Part shown: positions 59,816 through 64,000 of the stretch, piece by piece
How positions within the stretch are numbered: position 1 is the first letter of the stretch
How the letters are laid out: each line of letters begins with the position of its first letter
Assembly: GCA_963664405.1 (NCBI GenBank)
Contig: OY761158.1
Location: forward strand, 3,296,001-3,360,000
Length of the DNA: 64,000 nucleotides
Direction: 5' to 3'
From: Thermoanaerobaculia bacterium
Lineage (GTDB): Bacteria > Acidobacteriota > Thermoanaerobaculia > Multivoradales > Multivoraceae
Program-made: the position numbers and the translations under genes
The notes under the pieces: generated by a model
What the model was told of the DNA's origin: nothing
The model's database searches: none
Seen by the model: the letters and a program-made list of their open reading frames with translations, nothing else

Positions 59816-60443
59816 TCCGACCTCCCTGCCAGCGCAACTCCTTGCCACCCACTGCCGCCAATCCAGCAGCATCGAGCAGCCGAAGAACGTAGGCGTCGAG
59901 AAAGCGGCCGAGATCCTCGCCGCCCACGTAGAAGGCTGGGATCGGCGGCAAGAGGATCGCCCCGGCATAGATCAAGCGACGCATATTTTCGACGTGCACT
60001 AGATTGAACGGGGTTTCACGAAAACCCAGGATCAGAGGCCATCTTTCTTTCAGCGCTACCAGGCCGCCCCGATGAATGAGATTCGTCGCGGTACCCGAGG
60101 CGAGGGCACCCAAAGTACCCGAGCTACACGGCACGATCAATGTCGCTCCGAGGCGGTAGGAGCCCGACGCTATCTCGGCGTCCAGCTCTTCGTTCTCGTG
60201 CAAACGGAGGCGACCGTCGAGATCACCCTTGATGCCCGCGGCCGCGACCAAGCGCGCGGCGGCGCCCGAGCCGGCGCCTCCAGTCTCGACCTCGGCCAAC
60301 TCGTGCCGAAGCACCTTTCCGGCGCCCCGTGAGACCACCAAATGAAGGCTCTCGATGTCGCTGAGCTTGGCCAATGCGCGCAACACGTGGATGGGGAGGA
60401 GCATCCCGGAAGCACCGGTCACCAAAAGGGCCACTCGGCTCAT
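59805..60443 (-). CDS. ubiX: Flavin prenyltransferase
   Basis: VTGASG, IASGS, PCSSGTL, RETP and PAFY. Confidence 0.9.
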   Translation of the reverse strand: MSRVALLVTGASGMLLPIHVLRALAKLSDIESLHLVVSRGAGKVLRHELAEVETGGAGSGAAARLVAAAGIKGDLDGRLRLHENEELDAEIASGSYRLGATLIVPCSSGTLGALASGTATNLIHRGGLVALKERWPLILGFRETPFNLVHVENMRRLIYAGAILLPPIPAFYVGGEDLGRFLDAYVLRLLDAAGLAAVGGKELRWQGGRSDD

Positions 60444-60678
60444 GCGAGCATGGTAGCAACTGTGCCTCGGGCTCCGAGGATGACGACCTGCGCGGCCGTT
60501 TCGCGGCTCCGTGCTACACTCAGGTTCTCCAGGAGGGGCCCTACCATTTCTCGGCCCCACCCCTCGTAAGCGCGAATTGATCGCACAAGAAACTTCGGAC
60601 ATCCGTCCTGGAACTGGAATCCGAGCATTCCGGCCCTGCCCTGCTTAGTAGCGGCAGGCCGATCTATGGAGGCATTTA

Positions 60679-62079
60679 GTGAGCCCCTGGTGGAAGAAAC
60701 CAACCGAAGAAGCAATGGCAGACGCCGGCTTCGAAACCATCGACCGAAGGGAGGAAGCGGCGCCGCCACTTCCGACTCCCGACGACCAACCGCAATCATC
60801 AATCGAGCCCGAGCTCGAAACAACCAAGCCTGACCTCGAAGCTAGGGTCGAAGGCCCTATCACCGCCGCCGACCAGATCGCCGACGCCATCGCCGACGCC
60901 CCTGAGGGCGAAGAGGAGGCACCCAAGCCACGCCCGCGCCGACGCCCTCGGCGCCGGAGCCCGGCTACCAGGACCGACGATATGAACGGCGACGAGAAGC
61001 AGGCGGACGCCGGCAGCGACACTAGCTCCACGGATCAACCCGACGACACTTCCGCAGCGAAGGGCACGCCGGCACGGGCACCGGCAAAGAAGACGGCCGC
61101 CAAAAGAAAGGCGCCGGCAAAGAAGGCGACGGCTCGAAAGAGGGCTCCTGCCAGGAAGGAGCCGGCCGCAAGAGCGGAACCCAAGACGAGAGAGCCCGCC
61201 CCCGAGCGACCGAGCAGCCCGGTCCCCCGCCCCCTCATAGCCGACAGCGACAGCTCCATCGCTCAGCTCGCCGAAGCGATCCGAGAGGCATTCACTGCGG
61301 CTCCTGCGCGCAGCGGGGAGGATGCCGACGAGCGCAAGATCGCGCTCTTTTGCGACCTCGAGAACATTGCCCTCGGTGTGCGCGACTCGGACGTCAAAAA
61401 GTTCGATATCGACCTCGTCCTGGAGCGCCTGCTCGAAAAGGGCAAGATCATCGTCAAGAAGGCCTATGCCGATTGGCAGCGTTACAGCGAGTTCAAGAAG
61501 CCGCTGCACTCAAGCGGCATCGAGCTCATCGACATCCCTCAGAAGTACTACTCAGGCAAGAACAGCGCAGATATCAAGATGGTGGTCGATGCGCTCGAGA
61601 TGTCGTTCTCCAAGGAGCATCTCGACACTTTCGTGTTGCTCTCGGGCGACAGCGATTTCACTCCCCTGGTTCACAAGCTCAAGGAAAACAACAAGCACGT
61701 AATCTGTGTCGGAGTGAAAAGCTCCTCTTCCAAGCTGCTGATCGACAACTGCGACGAATTCATCTACTACGAGGACATCTGGCGCGACAGTCAGCAGGCC
61801 CCAAAGCTGGAGGGGCTCGACGAAAAGGCCGAGGAGATCTTCTTACTCATGAACGACGCCATTCAGGCTTTGTTGCGTGAGAACAAGACGGTGCTCTGGG
61901 GCTCCATGGTCAAACAGACGATGCAACGCAAGCGGCCCTCTTTCAATGAGGGCTACTACGGCTACCGCACCTTCTCCGACGTTCTCGAGGACGCAGAGCG
62001 CAAGGGCATCCTCCATCTAAAGAAAGACACCCGTTCAGGGAGCTACATCATCGCGGGACTCGGACCGCAGTCGACGTAG
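60679..62079 (+). CDS. NYN (LabA/DUF88) domain protein with OST-HTH and long disordered N-terminus
   Basis: DLENIA, KAYADW, GKNSADI, SGDSDF and YGYRTFSDVLE. Confidence 0.88.
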   Translation: MSPWWKKPTEEAMADAGFETIDRREEAAPPLPTPDDQPQSSIEPELETTKPDLEARVEGPITAADQIADAIADAPEGEEEAPKPRPRRRPRRRSPATRTDDMNGDEKQADAGSDTSSTDQPDDTSAAKGTPARAPAKKTAAKRKAPAKKATARKRAPARKEPAARAEPKTREPAPERPSSPVPRPLIADSDSSIAQLAEAIREAFTAAPARSGEDADERKIALFCDLENIALGVRDSDVKKFDIDLVLERLLEKGKIIVKKAYADWQRYSEFKKPLHSSGIELIDIPQKYYSGKNSADIKMVVDALEMSFSKEHLDTFVLLSGDSDFTPLVHKLKENNKHVICVGVKSSSSKLLIDNCDEFIYYEDIWRDSQQAPKLEGLDEKAEEIFLLMNDAIQALLRENKTVLWGSMVKQTMQRKRPSFNEGYYGYRTFSDVLEDAERKGILHLKKDTRSGSYIIAGLGPQST

Positions 62080-62221
62080 CGAAGCTCAGCCGGTAGCGAG
62101 GCCCGAGGGTCCTGGCCGGGGAACGTGCCGCAGGGCCGTTCCCCGGGGCTACGTCGGAGGAGCCGAGCGACGAGCACGGGGGCGCCTAGCCGCGGTGAGG
62201 TGGAGTGCCCTGGACGGCCGG

Positions 62222-62713
62222 CTAGGCCTCTGGCCTGGTCCAGCCTGCACCGTCGCGCACCAGGCCTTCTCGCTCCAAGGACTCTCCGAGGACGTCGAGG
62301 AAGCGATGGCTGCGGCGTACCACTGCGAGATTGAGAAAGAACTCGCGCGCTCGCCCGCGCGATTCGATGACGAAGCGGAGCGATTGGGTGCCGGGGCGCG
62401 GTGCGCAGGCGAGAACCGTGTCGAATGCAATGCGTCGAGGCTTGAAGGTGTGCAAAGGCTGGTGACCGAATCCGACCTCGTCGATCTCGACGGCAGGACG
62501 GCCGGCGGTCCACCAGATCTTGAGTAGGCTCACCCAGAACAGCAATCCGTATCCGAGCAATACGGCGAAGGCCTTACCGAGAAACCCGTCGTCAGGGGAG
62601 CGAAGGAGCCAAGCCGATACACCGAGAACGGTGATCGCGCCGACCCCCCACAACATTGCGGTACGGCAGGTGGAGCGCACCCAGGGGCGGAACGCAAAGG
62701 CCTCGCGGCTCAT
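62222..62713 (-). CDS. Hypothetical membrane protein
   Basis: Two hydrophobic helices; co-oriented downstream of tsaD. Confidence 0.55.
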   Translation of the reverse strand: MSREAFAFRPWVRSTCRTAMLWGVGAITVLGVSAWLLRSPDDGFLGKAFAVLLGYGLLFWVSLLKIWWTAGRPAVEIDEVGFGHQPLHTFKPRRIAFDTVLACAPRPGTQSLRFVIESRGRAREFFLNLAVVRRSHRFLDVLGESLEREGLVRDGAGWTRPEA

Positions 62714-62727
62714 TCAAGGAGCACCTA

Positions 62728-62886
62728 GACCAGCGTTTCCAAAGTTCGCGCACATATCTCGGCCCCTTCTGTCCGCTGACGGCGTTTCGCCTCCTCGACA
62801 TATTGCCCAATATGCCTGCGTCGGCGCGCCTGGCCAGCGAACAGAATGAACTCGAGCTATGTACACGAACTTTGGAAACGCTGGTC
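62728..62886 (-). mobile_element. 159-bp MITE, end type B
   Basis: Reverse-complement copy of 26158-26316; TA flanks; begins inside the tsaD TAG stop. Confidence 0.92.
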
Positions 62887-63974
62887 TAATGGGTCTCGAG
62901 CAAGATCCGACTCGCCGCGTCGACGCCGCGCGGGTCATCGACATGGCCGCGACCCGAGCGCAGCAAAGCGGCGTGAGCAATCATCGCGGCGTTGTCACCG
63001 GAGTACGCAAGGGGAACGAGCCACAGCCTCAGCCCAGCGCTCTCCGCCCAGCGGGTCACTTCGCGGCGCAGCAGCCGATTCGCCGCCACCCCACCTGAAA
63101 CCGCCAGGGTCTCGAACGGACGGCGCCTATGAAGACGTCCAACTCTCTCCAGGAGCTGGGCGACCGCGGCTGCACGGAAACCCGCCATGAGATCGGCGAC
63201 CGCCTCAACCGGGCTGTGTCCCTCGGCCACGCTCGTTTCGATACCGCGCGCCTCGAGTCGATCGAGGTCGAGAAGCGCCTGGCTCTTGAGCCCCGAATAG
63301 GAAAAGTCGAGGCTGTCGCCACAAGTCGCAACGGTAAACGGGTGACGAGCGGCGTCACCAGCCTCCGCGAGCCGGTCGACCTCGGCACCCGCGGGAAATA
63401 CCAAACCAAGGCGCTTGCCGATCTTGTCGAAGGCCTCGCCCATAGCATCGTCACGAGTTTCGGCAATCGTATGCAGCTCTTCGCCGCCCCCTTGAACCTC
63501 GACCAGAAGAGTGTGCCCTCCCGATACGACCAGCCCGACGAAAGACTCCGGCGGTGGCGACGCGGGCTCGCCGTCGTCGCGAAGAAAAGGGGAAAAGAGA
63601 TGGCCCTCGAGATGATGAACTGCATGGAAGGGGAGCTTCAGCGCGAACGCCACGGCTTTGCCGAGAGAGAGTCCGACCAGAAGGGAGCCCACCAGTCCGG
63701 GGCCCCGAGTCGCCGCCACGAGCGTCACATCGTGGAGCGACATGCTCGCGCGAGCCAGTGCTTCTTCGCTCACCGCCGGCCAGTTGCGCAAGTGCTCCCT
63801 CGAAGCGATCTCGGGCACGACTCCACCCCACTCTCGATGGGCGATCTGGCTCGATACAACCGAGGAGATCACCCGCCCGCATCCATCGACCACGGCGCAA
63901 GCGGTGTCGTCACAAGAGGTCTCGATGCCCAGAACGACTGCATCAGGGCGGCTCTCATACGACTCGGAAACCAT
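62886..63974 (-). CDS. tsaD: tRNA t6A threonylcarbamoyltransferase
   Basis: GIETSCDDT, GGVVPEIASREH, HHLEGH, VSGGHT and DNAAMIA. Confidence 0.96.
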   Translation of the reverse strand: MVSESYESRPDAVVLGIETSCDDTACAVVDGCGRVISSVVSSQIAHREWGGVVPEIASREHLRNWPAVSEEALARASMSLHDVTLVAATRGPGLVGSLLVGLSLGKAVAFALKLPFHAVHHLEGHLFSPFLRDDGEPASPPPESFVGLVVSGGHTLLVEVQGGGEELHTIAETRDDAMGEAFDKIGKRLGLVFPAGAEVDRLAEAGDAARHPFTVATCGDSLDFSYSGLKSQALLDLDRLEARGIETSVAEGHSPVEAVADLMAGFRAAAVAQLLERVGRLHRRRPFETLAVSGGVAANRLLRREVTRWAESAGLRLWLVPLAYSGDNAAMIAHAALLRSGRGHVDDPRGVDAASRILLETH

Positions 63975-64000
63975 CCTCGAAGTCTGTCACAGGGCACATG

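Overview
GC-rich bacterial chromosome segment; taxonomy cannot be fixed from the sequence. Both ends carry metabolic or housekeeping genes: acyl-CoA dehydrogenases, an Atu/Liu-like carboxylase cluster, tRNA-Arg(ACG), thiG, futalosine-pathway mqnE/ubiA/ubiX and tsaD. The middle is rich in mobile DNA and gene fragments: two ISAzo13-family copies that each break a gene, an IS1182-family element, a decayed IS481, and five ~160-bp hairpin MITEs with three different ends around one shared core. Best leads: (1) a 3.35-kb large-serine-recombinase element nested in IS481, whose DUF5372-like gene is split by the attachment site and gains its RBS, start codon and promoter only if the element circularises; (2) a FAAL-ACP-PKS cluster ending in a circularly permuted AfsA-like double hotdog domain, with phosphatase and reductase genes nearby; (3) a candidate UxxC heavy-metal-binding selenoprotein with a SECIS-like hairpin; (4) the MITE core family; (5) a reductase-dehydratase fusion resembling part of propionyl-CoA synthase. 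Family names come from recognised motifs, not database searches.
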